Source: an uncultured Thermoleophilia bacterium
GTDB taxonomy: Bacteria; Actinomycetota; Thermoleophilia; UBA2241
Assembly (NCBI GenBank): GCA_963790185.1
Contig: CAWBNR010000011.1
Span: 93,432 to 157,431 of the forward strand
DNA: 64,000 bases
Direction of reading: 5' to 3'
In this document: positions 36,960 through 49,041 of the stretch, in pieces
Numbering within the stretch: the first letter of the stretch is position 1
Layout of the letters: each line of letters starts with the position of its first letter
Translations under genes and position numbers: made by a program
The notes under the pieces: model-generated
What the model was told of the DNA's origin: nothing
The model's input: the letters and a program-made list of their open reading frames with translations, nothing else
The model's database searches: none

Positions 36960-37470
36960 GGAGCACCCCCGGGCCGCGCAGCGCGACGCGCACGGCGACG
37001 TAGAACGGGACGGCGAGCAGCGTGTTCAGGACGAGCGACGGCAGCACCACGCGCGTGAACGTGAAGGCCAGCGGCACCTGACGCTCGAGCAGGTACTGGG
37101 CCGTGACCAGCAGGATGTCGGCCAACAGGGTGCCGGCGAAGACACTCACCATGGGGGCGACGCCCGTCGAAAGGTCGGCCGTCTCCGCGTAACGGCCCGC
37201 GTAGTAGCCGACCAGCACGAAGACGAAGGAGCTCACGCCGAGCGGCTCCATCAGCGAGACGGCGACGAGGGCGCCGGCGGCGAAGCCGAAAACGGCGCCG
37301 ATCTCTGAGCCTCGCAGGAGACCGACCGACACCAGGATGATGAGAGCGAAATCAGGATTGGCGCCCAATATGCGGACGTTGGGCGCCACGGTCGTCTGCA
37401 ACAGCCAAGCGACGAGGAGCACGGCGATGAGCCGCACCAGGTCGGCCCCCGTCGGCCAGGCCCGCTTCAC
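36940..37470 (-). CDS. mreD: rod shape-determining protein MreD
   Basis: ORF 36940..37920(-) read from GTG 37470. A polytopic hydrophobic protein of about 176 aa, positioned between mreC and mrdA. Confidence 0.7.
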   Translation of the reverse strand: MKRAWPTGADLVRLIAVLLVAWLLQTTVAPNVRILGANPDFALIILVSVGLLRGSEIGAVFGFAAGALVAVSLMEPLGVSSFVFVLVGYYAGRYAETADLSTGVAPMVSVFAGTLLADILLVTAQYLLERQVPLAFTFTRVVLPSLVLNTLLAVPFYVAVRVALRGPGVLRAHETA

Positions 37471-37493
37471 CGTCTCGGCCGGCTGTCGCCGCG

Positions 37494-38324
37494 TCAGCGG
37501 CACACGACTCTCACCATGTCGAGCGTGTGGAAGTCGGCGAACGGCCGCACGGTCACGGACTGATAGAGATCGACGTCCTGGACGCCCACGGTCTCGACCA
37601 CGCCGATGGGGATTCCCCGCACGAACAGGGAGCCCTGCAGGCCCGAGGTCGTGACGTACTGCCCGACCTCGATCTCCTCCTGCTTGTCGACGTACTGCAG
37701 CGCGAGGTCCCCCGTCACGCTGCCGGCAAGGATGCCTTGGGCGCCGCCCGGCACGATCATGGCGTCGACGTAGCTCTGCTGATCCGTGATCAGCATGACC
37801 TGCGACGCCTGCGGGGTGACTCGCGATATCCGCCCGACGAGGCCCTCGCCGTTGACCACCGCATCGTAGCGGGCGACGCCGGCGTCGCTGCCCACGTCGA
37901 TCGTCACGGTGGAGTACCAAGCCGTCGTCGAGCGTGCGATCACCCGGGCGGTGACCAACCGCACGGTGGCCGGAAAGACCCGCTTGCGCTCCATGTCGAC
38001 CAAGCCGCGGAGCTCGTCGTTCTCGGCTTGCGTCACGAGTTCCTGGGCGACGCCGGCGCGCAGGCTCTCAAGTTCGGCGCGCAGACGCTCGTTCTCGGAC
38101 CTGGCGCGGAAGAGGTCGGCGGTCCAGTTCCACGCATCGCGGAAGGGCTTGGTGGCGCGGGCGCTGCCGTACTGGAGGGGGGCGACGACGCGCAGGGCGG
38201 CGTCCTGCGCGCGGTGCACGGCTCCGCCCTCGCTCTCGCGGAAGTAGAGCGTGAGCATGGCGATGGACACGAGCAGCAGGAGCACGACGAGCACCCGCCG
38301 CCGAAGAGCGCGTCGGCGATTCAC
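37494..38324 (-). CDS. mreC: rod shape-determining protein MreC
   Basis: ORF 37494..38324(-). TM segment, coiled coil (ENERLRAELESL) and beta domains (GLVGRISRV...GIPIGVV). Confidence 0.85.
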   Translation of the reverse strand: MNRRRALRRRVLVVLLLLVSIAMLTLYFRESEGGAVHRAQDAALRVVAPLQYGSARATKPFRDAWNWTADLFRARSENERLRAELESLRAGVAQELVTQAENDELRGLVDMERKRVFPATVRLVTARVIARSTTAWYSTVTIDVGSDAGVARYDAVVNGEGLVGRISRVTPQASQVMLITDQQSYVDAMIVPGGAQGILAGSVTGDLALQYVDKQEEIEVGQYVTTSGLQGSLFVRGIPIGVVETVGVQDVDLYQSVTVRPFADFHTLDMVRVVCR

Positions 38325-38342
38325 AAGCTCGGGATGGCTCGC

Positions 38343-39380
38343 CTACCGCCCTCGAGGCCGCGCGCGCTGCTTGCTCTTGACGAGCACATCGAACTCCTCG
38401 AGATACTTGCCCGACCCGACGGCCACACAGGTCAGGGGCGATTCGGCCAGATGCACCGGCATCTGCGTCTCCTCGCGCAAGCGCTCCGGGAAGCCCTGCA
38501 GCAGGGACCCGCCGCCCGCCATCATGATGCCGCGATCCATGACGTCGCTGGCCAGCTCGGGCGGCGTCTTGTCGAGGGTCGCCTTGATGGCGTCGATTAT
38601 CGCTTGCGTGGGCTCCTCCAGCGCCGTGCGCACCTCTTCAGACGAGAGGACGATCGTCTTGGGGAGGCCCGTGACAAGGTCGCGGCCGCGGATCTCGGCC
38701 TGCTCCTCCTGCGGCAGCGGGAACGCCGACCCGATCTCAAGCTTGATCTCCTCGGCGGTCTGGCTGCCGATGAGCAGCTTGTACTCCTTCTTCACGTAGC
38801 TGATGACCGCCTCGTCCAGCTCGTCGCCGCCGACGCGGATCGACTGGCTCACGACGATGCCGCCGAGCGAGATCACGGCCACCTCGCTGGTGCCGCCGCC
38901 GACATCGACGATCATGCTGCCGGTCGGCTCGGCGACCGGCAGACCGGCGCCGATCGCGGCGGCCATCGGCTCTTCGATCAGGGTCGCCCAGCGGGCGCCG
39001 GCCGAGTACGTCGCCTCTTCGACCGCACGCTTCTCGACGCCGGTGACGCCGGACGGCACGCAGATCACGACCCGTGGGTGCGCCCAGCGGTTCTGCATGA
39101 CCTTGCGGATGAAGTGGCGCAGCATCTGCTCGGTGACGTCGAAGTCGGCGATCACGCCGTCCTTGAGCGGCCGCACGGCACTGATCGTCGCCGGCGTTCG
39201 GCCCAGCATGCGCTTGGCCTCGGCCCCGACGGCGTGGACCTCGCCGGTACGATGGTCGATGGCGACGACCGACGGCTCCGACAGCACGATGCCGCGGCCG
39301 CGCAGATAGACGAGCGTGTTGGCGGTACCCAGATCGATCGCCATATCGCGAGCGCCGAAACCAGTCAGGAAATCGAACAC
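38343..39380 (-). CDS. mreB: rod shape-determining protein MreB
   Basis: ORF 38343..39380(-). [22 protein letters not shown], and MAGGGSLL. Confidence 0.95.
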   Translation of the reverse strand: MFDFLTGFGARDMAIDLGTANTLVYLRGRGIVLSEPSVVAIDHRTGEVHAVGAEAKRMLGRTPATISAVRPLKDGVIADFDVTEQMLRHFIRKVMQNRWAHPRVVICVPSGVTGVEKRAVEEATYSAGARWATLIEEPMAAAIGAGLPVAEPTGSMIVDVGGGTSEVAVISLGGIVVSQSIRVGGDELDEAVISYVKKEYKLLIGSQTAEEIKLEIGSAFPLPQEEQAEIRGRDLVTGLPKTIVLSSEEVRTALEEPTQAIIDAIKATLDKTPPELASDVMDRGIMMAGGGSLLQGFPERLREETQMPVHLAESPLTCVAVGSGKYLEEFDVLVKSKQRARPRGR

Positions 39381-39461
39381 GCCGATGACTGCTCCTTTCG
39401 CACGTGCCGAGCGGCTAGTCTAGAGCATCGCCGCGGCCATCGCCAACGAACCCCGCGTGCC

Positions 39462-40064
39462 TCACGCCTGGCGCGACACCCACGAGAACGGCGCCACGCC
39501 GAACGTCGCGAGCGTCTCGACGAGCAGCGCGACGGGCAGACCGACCACATTGAAGTAGTCGCCCTGTACGGATTCAACAAGAGCAGACCCGACTCCTTGA
39601 ATGGCGTACGCTCCGGCGCGCTCCCGCCACTCGCCGGAGGCGACGTAGCGCTCGACGGCCGCGGCGTCCAGCGGTCTGAAGCGGACGCCGGTGACGGCGT
39701 GGCCGACCGCTTCCCGCGCACCATTGCAGAGGGCAAGGCCGCTGTGGACCTCGTGGCGGCGGCCGGCCAAGAGGCGCAACGATGCCCGCGCCTCGTCCTC
39801 CCCGGCCGCTTTGCCCAGGATGCGCCCGTCGACGACCACCACTGTGTCCACGCCGAGCACCAGCTCTCCCGGCTCGAGCGACAGGCGCGCCAGCACCTCG
39901 CGCGCCTTGCCCAGAGCGTTGCCTTCGACGGTCGTCACGGGGTCGCCCTCGCGCACGGCCTCATCGTGGGCGCTGACGACGACCTCGAAAGGGATGGCGA
40001 GCTGCTCGAGGATCACGCGCCGCTGCGGCGAGCGTGACGCGAGGATGACCGAGAGGCCGCCCAC
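39462..40064 (-). CDS. maf: Maf-like nucleoside triphosphate pyrophosphatase
   Basis: ORF 39462..40064(-). ILASRSPQRR, and AGAYAIQG. Confidence 0.85.
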   Translation of the reverse strand: MGGLSVILASRSPQRRVILEQLAIPFEVVVSAHDEAVREGDPVTTVEGNALGKAREVLARLSLEPGELVLGVDTVVVVDGRILGKAAGEDEARASLRLLAGRRHEVHSGLALCNGAREAVGHAVTGVRFRPLDAAAVERYVASGEWRERAGAYAIQGVGSALVESVQGDYFNVVGLPVALLVETLATFGVAPFSWVSRQA

Positions 40065-40079
40065 GTGCGGACCTCGAGC

Positions 40080-40493
40080 CTAGGTGAGCTCGTCGGCGGC
40101 GAAGAACAGGCCGATCTCGCGCTCGGCGCTCTGCGGGCCGTCCGAGCCGTGGACCACGTTCTCGGCCATGACGGTCGCGAAGTCGCCGCGGATCGTGCCC
40201 GGCGCGGCCTTCACCGGATCGGTCGCTCCCATCATGGTCCGCGCCACACTGATCGCCTCGTTGCCCTCCCACACCATGGCCACGACCGGACCCGAGGTGA
40301 TGAAGTCGACGAGCTCGCCGAAGAACGGCTTCTCCCGGTGCTCGGCGTAGTGCCGCTCGGCGAGCTCACGCGGGATCCGCATGAGCTTCATGGCGCGCAG
40401 GATGAGCCCGCGTCGCTCGAAGCGCGCCACGACCTCCCCGACCAGGCCGCGGGCCACGCCGTTGGGCTTGACCATGATGAACGTACGTTCCAC
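40080..40493 (-). CDS. ndk: nucleoside diphosphate kinase
   Basis: ORF 40080..40493(-). [12 protein letters not shown], and NVVHGSD. Confidence 0.95.
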   Translation of the reverse strand: MERTFIMVKPNGVARGLVGEVVARFERRGLILRAMKLMRIPRELAERHYAEHREKPFFGELVDFITSGPVVAMVWEGNEAISVARTMMGATDPVKAAPGTIRGDFATVMAENVVHGSDGPQSAEREIGLFFAADELT

Positions 40494-40541
40494 CAGATCC
40501 CTCCTGGAATATGACTCGAGGCGCCGCGTCGCCGCGGCGGC

Positions 40542-41126
40542 TCAGCTGTAGGCGTTCTCGAACGCCGGCGCGGCGCCGTGGACCTCCGCCTCACAGTACG
40601 GACAGACGCGCCAGTGCGGGTCGATGGGCTTGTGACACGAGACGCACACGGTGCGGAGGCGGCGGCCGCACGTCGGGCACACGAGGTAGTCGTCGCGGGT
40701 CGGCGTGCGGCAGAAGGGGCAGTGCTCCTCGGTCGCGAGGCGCTGCTCCATCATCCTGATCTCGAGCGCGCGCTCGCGGATGTCGTCGAGGTACTCAGGC
40801 GGACGCACGATGGCGTAGATGACGGCGCCGACGGGGCCGAAGACCAGCCCGGTCAGGCCGGCGACGACGAGCACCATCCTGTCGTCGATGCGCCGGCGGG
40901 CGTCCTTGAAGACCCAGTACGCACACGCCAGCCACACGACGACGACGGTGAAGTAGAGCAGCAGCACGACGAAGTCCCAGGTCGCCGAATCGAAGAAGGC
41001 GGTGACGCTGTCGAAGGGGTTCGTGTCGTTCGTGGTCTCCGCGACCAGCGGCCAGTCAAGCACCCTGTCTCCTCTCGGCGGTCGGGCGGGCGTCCATGCC
41101 ACCCGCCTCGTCGGTACGGGCGACAT
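40542..41126 (-). CDS. membrane protein with two TM helices and a C-terminal double zinc ribbon
   Basis: ORF 40542..41126(-). CPFC...CPTC...CVSC...CPYC. An alternative GTG start at 41063 has GAGGAG upstream. Confidence 0.55.
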   Translation of the reverse strand: MSPVPTRRVAWTPARPPRGDRVLDWPLVAETTNDTNPFDSVTAFFDSATWDFVVLLLYFTVVVVWLACAYWVFKDARRRIDDRMVLVVAGLTGLVFGPVGAVIYAIVRPPEYLDDIRERALEIRMMEQRLATEEHCPFCRTPTRDDYLVCPTCGRRLRTVCVSCHKPIDPHWRVCPYCEAEVHGAAPAFENAYS

Positions 41127-41241
41127 CCGGCCGCGGCCCGGAGGACGCGTCGGCCAGCGCGTGAATCATACCCGAGAAGATGCGCCCGTGGGCCGGGTAC
41201 AGCGCGTGCCGGTGGAGCGGACCCGCGAGACCGCGCCGACC

Positions 41242-41391
41242 CTACGCCCGCACCCGGAACACCGGGATGACCGCTGCCGCCAGGTCGTCGCCGATCAGAT
41301 ACCCGACGAAGAACGCGATGAGAGCGAGAGCGACCACGACGAGGAGAGCGCTCAGAAACCGCACCGCCGGTCTCGCCTTCTTTCGCGCCAT
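41242..41391 (-). CDS. 49-aa single-TM small protein (hypothetical)
   Basis: MARKKARPAVRFLSALLVVVALALIAFFVGYLIGDDLAAAVIPVFRVRA. GAGGGAGGGAGG lies immediately upstream of the ATG at 41391, and a TATACT hexamer sits 22 nt upstream. Confidence 0.45.
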   Translation of the reverse strand: MARKKARPAVRFLSALLVVVALALIAFFVGYLIGDDLAAAVIPVFRVRA

Positions 41392-41447
41392 CCTCCCTCC
41401 CTCAGTCCGCGCAAGTATACCGAAGCGAAAGGCACCGCAACGAGCCG

Positions 41448-42776
41448 TCAGGCGCCCGTCAACAGATGGCGCAGATCCTCGAGCAGGTAGAGGGAGCCGG
41501 CGACGAGGACGCTGCCCGAAGACGCGGCCCGGCGCTCCGCCTCGGCGAGAGCCGAACCCGGATCGCCGACGACCACCACGCGGCAGTCCGTGCGCTGTCG
41601 CTCGGCGGCGTCCCGGGCGAGCGCCCCCAGCCTCTCGGCGGGCAGGCTGCGGGTCTGGCCGGCTTGGGTGCAGACGAGTGTGTCGCAGAAGCCCACGAAC
41701 CCGTCGAGCATGGCCTCCGCGTCCTTGTCGCACATGATCGCCGTGACCAGGACGCGAGGCGCCGGAGGCGCCAGCGCGGCCAAGCTCGCGGCCAGCACGG
41801 CGACGCCGTCCGCGTTGTGAGCCCCGTCGACCAGGAGCAGCGGGTGCTCCCGAAGGATCTGCAGACGACCGGGGACGGCGGTCGCGGCGAGCGCGTCGCG
41901 CACCTTCTCCGCCTCGAGTCGCCCGAGAAGACGCTCGGCGGCCATGACAGCGAGCGCCGCGTTGTCGACCTGGTACAAGGCCGGCGTCGGGAGGCTGAGA
42001 CCGGCGTAGCCCGCCTCAGCCGTCTCGACGGTGAACTCGTGAGGCGCGCCCGCGACCGAGAAGTCGCGACCGAGGAACCAGGCCCTCGCCTGCGCACGGG
42101 CGCACGCCTTCTCGGCCGCCGGCTCGAGCCCCTCGAGGCGGCCGAACACGGCATCGCCGCGCTTGATGACGGCCGCCTTCTCGGCGAAGATCGCGGCCCG
42201 CGTCGCGCCAAGCACCTCCGTGTGCTCGAGCCCGATGGTGGTGAGCACCACGACCGCCGACTCGACGACGTTGGTGGCGTCGAGGCGGCCGCCCAGACCG
42301 GCCTCGAGCGCGACCGCCTCGACGCCCTCCTCGGCGAGCGCCAGCAGCGCGGCCACGGTGAGCACCTCGAACTGTGTCGTGTCTCCGAGTGCGGCCGGCA
42401 GCCCGACGACGGCGCGCCGAACGGTCTCGACGGCGGCGCCGAAGCGCCTTTCGCTCACCGGCCGGCCCTCAATCAGGACCCGCTCGCAGAACCCGACCAG
42501 GTGTGGCGAGAGGTAGGCTCCGGCGCGCAGCCCGTGGGCGCTCAGCAGCGCGGCGGCATAGCGCGTCGTGGACGACTTGCCGTTGGTGCCGACGACGTGG
42601 ACCACCCTGTAGGCGTCCTGCGGCCGGCCGAGGCCGTCGAGCAGGGCGCCGACGCGCTCGAGCCCGGGGCGCATGCCAAAAGCGGCGAGCGACTCAAGAT
42701 ACTTCTCCCAGCTCGCCGACACCCTCTGCTCCCCGAGGGCCTCCCGTGGGCCCGGTGTCGGAATCGTCTGACTCAC
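41448..42776 (-). CDS. folC: dihydrofolate synthase / folylpolyglutamate synthase
   Basis: ORF 41448..42776(-). VVGTNGKSST. Confidence 0.9.
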   Translation of the reverse strand: MSQTIPTPGPREALGEQRVSASWEKYLESLAAFGMRPGLERVGALLDGLGRPQDAYRVVHVVGTNGKSSTTRYAAALLSAHGLRAGAYLSPHLVGFCERVLIEGRPVSERRFGAAVETVRRAVVGLPAALGDTTQFEVLTVAALLALAEEGVEAVALEAGLGGRLDATNVVESAVVVLTTIGLEHTEVLGATRAAIFAEKAAVIKRGDAVFGRLEGLEPAAEKACARAQARAWFLGRDFSVAGAPHEFTVETAEAGYAGLSLPTPALYQVDNAALAVMAAERLLGRLEAEKVRDALAATAVPGRLQILREHPLLLVDGAHNADGVAVLAASLAALAPPAPRVLVTAIMCDKDAEAMLDGFVGFCDTLVCTQAGQTRSLPAERLGALARDAAERQRTDCRVVVVGDPGSALAEAERRAASSGSVLVAGSLYLLEDLRHLLTGA

Positions 42777-45436
42777 GCCCCGCGCAGTCCGGCAAGACGG
42801 CCGGCCACTTCGTCGCGCTCGCGCCGGTGGTCGGCCAGCTTCGCGCGCTCCTTGTCGACGATCGCCGCCGGCGCCTTCTCGACGAACGCCGCGTTGCTCA
42901 GCTTGGCCTCGGAGCGGGTCACCTCGGCGTCGAGCTTGGCCAGGAGGGCGGCGAGACGAGCCGCCTCCTCCGCAGAATCGACCGTCGCGGCGACCGCCAG
43001 GCGCCCTCCGGGCACCGGCACGACGTTCTCGCCGTGGTCGTGCCCGCCCGCTTCGTCGACGCCGCCAGGCCCGCCGGCGCCGCGTGCGCCGCCGAGCTCG
43101 ACCTTGGCCAGCGCCCTGAAGGCCGGCGCGAATCGCACGTACCAGCCGTCGGCTCCGGGCTCGTCGGCCTCGAAGCGCGCGCTCAGCACCTGCCCCGGCG
43201 CGACGCCGCTCTCCGCGCGGAAGACGCGGACGGCGTTGACGGCCGCCTGCACCCGCGCGACGGCGGCCTCGTCAGAGGGAGCCAGCAGCGCGTCGTCACG
43301 CCTCGGATGCTCGCCCTTCAGCAGCGGCCCGGAGCCGTACTGAGCCGCGATCTCCTCGGTGACGTACGGCATGAAGGGATGGAGCAGGTGCACGATACGG
43401 TCCAGCACCCAGCGCGCGTGGCCGGCGGCGGCGAAACGCTCGCCCTCGTCGTCGCCGTAGAGCCGCGGCTTGACCATCTCGAGGTACCAGTCGCAGAACT
43501 CGTCCCAGACGAAGTGGTAGAGCAGGTCGACCGCCCTCGCGAAGTCGTACTCGGAGACCGCCTCCTCGACGGCGCCAAGGCAACGCTGCAGGCGGCTCGC
43601 GATCCAGCGGTCGACCTCGTGCGCGTCGGAGCGCTCGGCCGCCTCCCCTTCGCTCGCCAGCAGGACCAGACGCGCGGCGTTCCAGAGCTTGTTGGCGAAG
43701 CTGCGGCCCATCGCGATCTTCTCTTCGGAGAAGCGTACGTCCTGCGTGCTCGACATGACGAGCAGGCCGAAGCGGCTGGCGTCGGCGCCGTACTTGTCGA
43801 TCATCTCGAGCGGGTCGATGCCGGTGCCGAGCGACTTGCTCATCCGGCGCCCGTCGGGAGCCTGGATCACCGAGTGGATGTAGACGTCGTGGAAGGGGAT
43901 ATCGCCCACGAACTCGAGGCCCATCATCACCATGCGCGCGACCCACAGGAAGATGATCTCGCGCGCCGTGCTGAGGACGCCGGTCGGGTAGAAGCAGTCA
44001 AGATCGGACGTCTCGTCGGGCCAGCCCCAGGTCGCGAACGGCCAGAGCGCCGAGCTGAACCAGGTGTCGAGCACGTCGGTGTCGCGCCGCAGGGTCCGCC
44101 CGCCGCAGGCGGGGCACGCCTGCGGCGCCTCCTCATCGACGATCACCTCGCCGCAACCGTCGGCCTCGCAGTACCACACGGGCAGCTGGTGACCCCACCA
44201 GAGCTGGCGGCTGATGCACCACGGCCGCAGGTTCTCCATCCAGTCGATGTAGACCCGGCCCCAGCGCTCGGGCACGAAACGGACTCTGCCGTCGCGCACG
44301 ACGTCGGTCGCCGGACGCCGAAGCTCGTCCATGTCCATGAACCACTGCTCGCTGATGAGGGGCTCGATGAACGTGCCGCAGCGGTCGCAGCTCGCCACGC
44401 TGTGCGGGAAGTCCTCGACCTTCTCGAGGACGCCGAGCGCTTCGAGGTCGGCGACGATGCGCCGGCGCGCCTCCATGATCTCGAGCCCGGCGTACGGTCC
44501 GCCGGCCTCGGTGATGACACCCGCGGTGCCGATCGCCTGGACGGCGTCGAGCTTGTGGTCGCGGCCGATCTCGAAGTCGGTGATGTCGTGCGCCGGCGTG
44601 ATCTTGAGAGCGCCGGTGCCGAACTCCTTCTCGACGCGGGCGTCGGCGATCACCGGCAGGCGCCGCCCGAGGAGCGGCAGGATGGCCGTGCGGCCGACGA
44701 CGTCCGCGTAGCGGCCGTCGTCGGGGTTCACGGCCACCGCCGTGTCGCCGAGCATCGTCTCGGGGCGCGTCGTCGCGATGGTCACGCTGCCGCCGCCCTC
44801 GAGCTCATAGCGCACGTAGTAGAGGCGTCCCGGGTCCTCCACATGCGCGACCTCGAGGTCGCTGATCGCCGTGCCGCAGCGCGGACACCAGTTCACGAGG
44901 TAGGAGTCTTTGTAGATGTAGCCCTTCTTGTAGAGGGCGACGAAGACCTTGACGACGGCGCGCACGTAGCCCTCGTCGAAGGTGAAGCGCTCACGCTCGT
45001 AGTCGCAGGCGCAGCCGAGCCGCTTGAGCTGGTTGATGATGTTGCCGCCGTACTCCTGGCGCCACGCCCAGACGCGCTCAGCGAACTCCTCGCGCCCCAG
45101 GTCCTCTTTGGTGAGACCCTCGGCGCGGAGCCGCTTCTCGACCACGTTCTGCGTGGCGATGCCGGCGTGGTCGGTGCCCGGGAGCCAGCAGGCGTTCTCG
45201 CCCAGCATGCGGTGATAGCGGATGAGCACGTCCTGGATGGTGCCGTTGAGGGCGTGCCCCATATGGAGGTTCCCGGTGACGTTCGGCGGCGGGATGACGA
45301 TGGAGTACGACGGGCGGGAGGGGTCAGGCTCGGCGTGGAACAGGTGCGCGCCGAGCCACTCCGCCGTCCAGCGCGCCTCGACCGCGGCCGGCTCGAAGCG
45401 GGTGGTCTCCTTCAGGTACGTCTGTGCGTCGCTCAT
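42773..45436 (-). CDS. valS: valine--tRNA ligase
   Basis: ORF 42773..45436(-), 887 aa. HIGH motif (NLHMGHAL), KMSKS motif (RMSKS) and a C-terminal coiled coil. Confidence 0.95.
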   Translation of the reverse strand: MSDAQTYLKETTRFEPAAVEARWTAEWLGAHLFHAEPDPSRPSYSIVIPPPNVTGNLHMGHALNGTIQDVLIRYHRMLGENACWLPGTDHAGIATQNVVEKRLRAEGLTKEDLGREEFAERVWAWRQEYGGNIINQLKRLGCACDYERERFTFDEGYVRAVVKVFVALYKKGYIYKDSYLVNWCPRCGTAISDLEVAHVEDPGRLYYVRYELEGGGSVTIATTRPETMLGDTAVAVNPDDGRYADVVGRTAILPLLGRRLPVIADARVEKEFGTGALKITPAHDITDFEIGRDHKLDAVQAIGTAGVITEAGGPYAGLEIMEARRRIVADLEALGVLEKVEDFPHSVASCDRCGTFIEPLISEQWFMDMDELRRPATDVVRDGRVRFVPERWGRVYIDWMENLRPWCISRQLWWGHQLPVWYCEADGCGEVIVDEEAPQACPACGGRTLRRDTDVLDTWFSSALWPFATWGWPDETSDLDCFYPTGVLSTAREIIFLWVARMVMMGLEFVGDIPFHDVYIHSVIQAPDGRRMSKSLGTGIDPLEMIDKYGADASRFGLLVMSSTQDVRFSEEKIAMGRSFANKLWNAARLVLLASEGEAAERSDAHEVDRWIASRLQRCLGAVEEAVSEYDFARAVDLLYHFVWDEFCDWYLEMVKPRLYGDDEGERFAAAGHARWVLDRIVHLLHPFMPYVTEEIAAQYGSGPLLKGEHPRRDDALLAPSDEAAVARVQAAVNAVRVFRAESGVAPGQVLSARFEADEPGADGWYVRFAPAFRALAKVELGGARGAGGPGGVDEAGGHDHGENVVPVPGGRLAVAATVDSAEEAARLAALLAKLDAEVTRSEAKLSNAAFVEKAPAAIVDKERAKLADHRRERDEVAGRLAGLRGA

Positions 45437-45566
45437 CGGACCTCGACAGTGGCGCGTGATCGCCGGCTCGCGCGGGCGCCGGCCGGCGCGCGAGGCGGCG
45501 CGGCACGAACGACCGCAGGCGCGCCGCCGCCCGCTGCGGCCTCGCGACAGTATAGCGGGAAGTCGC

Positions 45567-45585
45567 GGCCGGCTCGCAGCCGGCC
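45567..45585 (-). terminator. short GC hairpin directly after clpX (weak terminator candidate)
   Basis: ggccggct (45567-74) pairs with agccggcc (45578-85), with a 3-nt loop. It lies 5 nt downstream of the clpX stop. No U tract. Confidence 0.3.
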
Positions 45586-45589
45586 CGTC

Positions 45590-46861
<1,272 letters not shown>

Positions 46862-46900
46862 GTCGTCTCCTCCGACTTGTGCACGGCGACCGATGCCCGC

Positions 46901-47492
46901 TCAGCGGTGGGCGATCACGTCGTCGATGATGCCGTACGCCTTGGCCTCGTCGGCCGTCATGAAGTAGTCGCGATCGGTGTCCTGGTGGACCTTCTCGACC
47001 GGCTGACCCGTGTGCTCGGCGAGGATCTCGTCGAGACGCGTCCGGATGCTGATGACCTCCTTGGCGTGGATCTCGATGTCGGTCGCCTGGCCCTCGAACC
47101 CGCCCATCGGCTGGTGGATGAGGACCGCGCGTTCGGCAGCGCGAAGCGCTTGCCCTTCGCGCCGCCGGCGAGCAGGAGCGCGCCCATGCTCATGGCGCAT
47201 GCCCACGCAGATCGTCGACACGTCGGGCTTGATGAACTGCATCGTGTCGTAGATCGCCAGGCCGGCGTACACGGAGCCGCCCGGAGTGTTGATGTAGAGG
47301 CTGATGTCCTTGTCGGGGTCCTCGGACTCGAGGTGGATGAGCTGCGCGACGATCAGGTTGGCGACCTCGTCGTTGATCGCGCGTGCCGAGGAAGATGACG
47401 CGCTCGTTGAGCAGCCGCGAGTAGATGTCGAAGGCGCGCTCGCCGCGGCTGGTCTGCTCGATGACGATCGGGACCAGTGGGCTCACTTCCAT
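46901..47492 (-). pseudogene. clpP: ClpP protease subunit, at least 3 frameshifts in this sequence
   Basis: Pieces lie in three frames. 47190..47531 holds [31 protein letters not shown]. 46957..47193 holds [22 protein letters not shown]. 46901..47272 holds [24 protein letters not shown] and [23 protein letters not shown]. Confidence 0.85.
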
Positions 47493-47543
47493 CCTCTCTC
47501 CGCGGCGCCCTTCGCGCCGCCTCATGGTCACTGTCGGGCCGGC

Positions 47544-48940
47544 TCATTCGCCCTCGGGCTCGCCGGCCGGCTTCTCCGCCTCGGCCGCCTCGGCGCCTTC
47601 GGTCTCGACCGGCCTCGTCCTCGATCGGGACCGGCACGGCGCTCTCGACGACGAGGTCGACCGCCTTGGCCATTAGGAGTTCGTCGCGCAGCAGCTCTTG
47701 CCTGCCCGACTTGTAGACGTCGAGAACGAGCTGGTTCGCGTCGCGCCGCAGGATCTCGGCGTCGGCCTTGATGCGCTCGCGCACCTCGTCGTCGCCGACC
47801 TCGAGGCCCTCGGCCTCGATGATCGGCCTCGAGGACCAGCCGCCGCTTGACGATCGTGCTCGGCCCGCGGGCGTAGCTCCTCCTCGACCTCGTCCTTGCG
47901 TCTTCTGCAGCACGTCGAGGTAGGCCTCCATCGTCAGCCCGGCTCGCCGACCTGCTGCTCGAGGTCGTGGTAGAGATGGTGCGCCTGCGCGTCGACCATG
48001 GCCGGCGGCACGGAGACGGTCGGCGTTCGACGACGGCCGTCGACGGCGCCGCGCGCGGAACTCGCGCTCGGCCGCCGCGCTGGCGGCCGTCTCGAGGCGC
48101 GTGCGCACGTCGGCGCGCAACTCCGCGATGGTCTCGAACTCGCTGGCCGTCGGTCGGCGAACTGCGTCGTCGAGCTCGGGGACGACCTTCTCCTTGATCT
48201 CCTTGACCGTGACGCTCGAAGGTCGCCGGCTCGCCCTGCAGCTCCTCGGCGTGGTAGTCGTCGGGGAAGGTGACGTCGAACTCTTCTCCTCGCCGAGCGG
48301 CGACGCCCTCGAGCGCCTCCTCGAACCCCGGGATCAGGTTGCCGTCGCCCGACCTGCGCCATGTAGTCCGTGGCCTGGGCGCCCTCGATCGGCTCTGCCG
48401 TCCGTGAGATCCGGCAAGGTCCATGAGCACGAAGTCGCCCTGCCGCACCGGCCGATCCTCGACCGGCTGCAGGCTGGCGAAGACGCTCCTGCAGCATGGC
48501 GAGCTGCGCGTCGACCTGGTCGTCGGTGACCTCGACGGTCCGCTGCGGGCACCTCGAGGCCCTTGTACTCGCCGAGCACCGGCGTCGGGCTTGCACCTGC
48601 ACCTTGGCCGTGAACGCAGAACGGCGTCATCGTGCGTGAAGTCGCCGAGGTCGAGGTCCGGCATGCGACACGGCGTCGACGGCGGCCTCCGTCAAGGCGG
48701 CGCTCGTACCACTCGGGCAGCGAAGTCGTTGAGCGTCTCGCTGCGCACGTAGTCCTCGCCGAGCCGGCTGACACGACATGTCGCGCGGCACGCTTGCCCT
48801 TGCGGAAGCCGGGGACCTGCGATCTCGCCGCGCGAGTCGCGTGAGGGTGCGCTCGTACATGCGCTGCGACGTCGTCCTGCGGCACCTCGACGCTCGAGGA
48901 GGACCTCGTTCTCGGCGGCCGGCTTGACCTCTGTCTTCAC
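47544..48940 (-). pseudogene. tig: trigger factor, heavily frameshifted in this sequence
   Basis: GTG at 48940 with a GGAGAG SD gives VKTEVKPAAENEVLLE. Further recognisable pieces ([62 protein letters not shown]) lie in ORFs 48692..49084, 48334..48885, 47528..48664 and 47353..48120. The stop read by hand is at 47544. Confidence 0.8.
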
Positions 48941-49041
48941 TCGCGGCTCTCCTTGTTCGATGTGTCGTGTCGTGTCCCGGCATCTCAACAGGCACGGCAC
49001 GACCCCTTCGGACGGGCCGCCGGGCGGCCCCGGATGCGCGG

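Noticed and set aside
18996-40037. Other very long antisense ORFs: 18996..21347(+), 26974..29976(+), 31208..32962(+), 35112..37058(+), 37527..40037(+), 12847..14265(+) and 10503..11948(+).
   Set aside because: The reasoning is the same. Each lies opposite strongly recognisable minus-strand genes (EF-G-2/dinB, rne, radical SAM, mrdA, mreCB/maf, queA, parA/yajC), and none shows any family motif.
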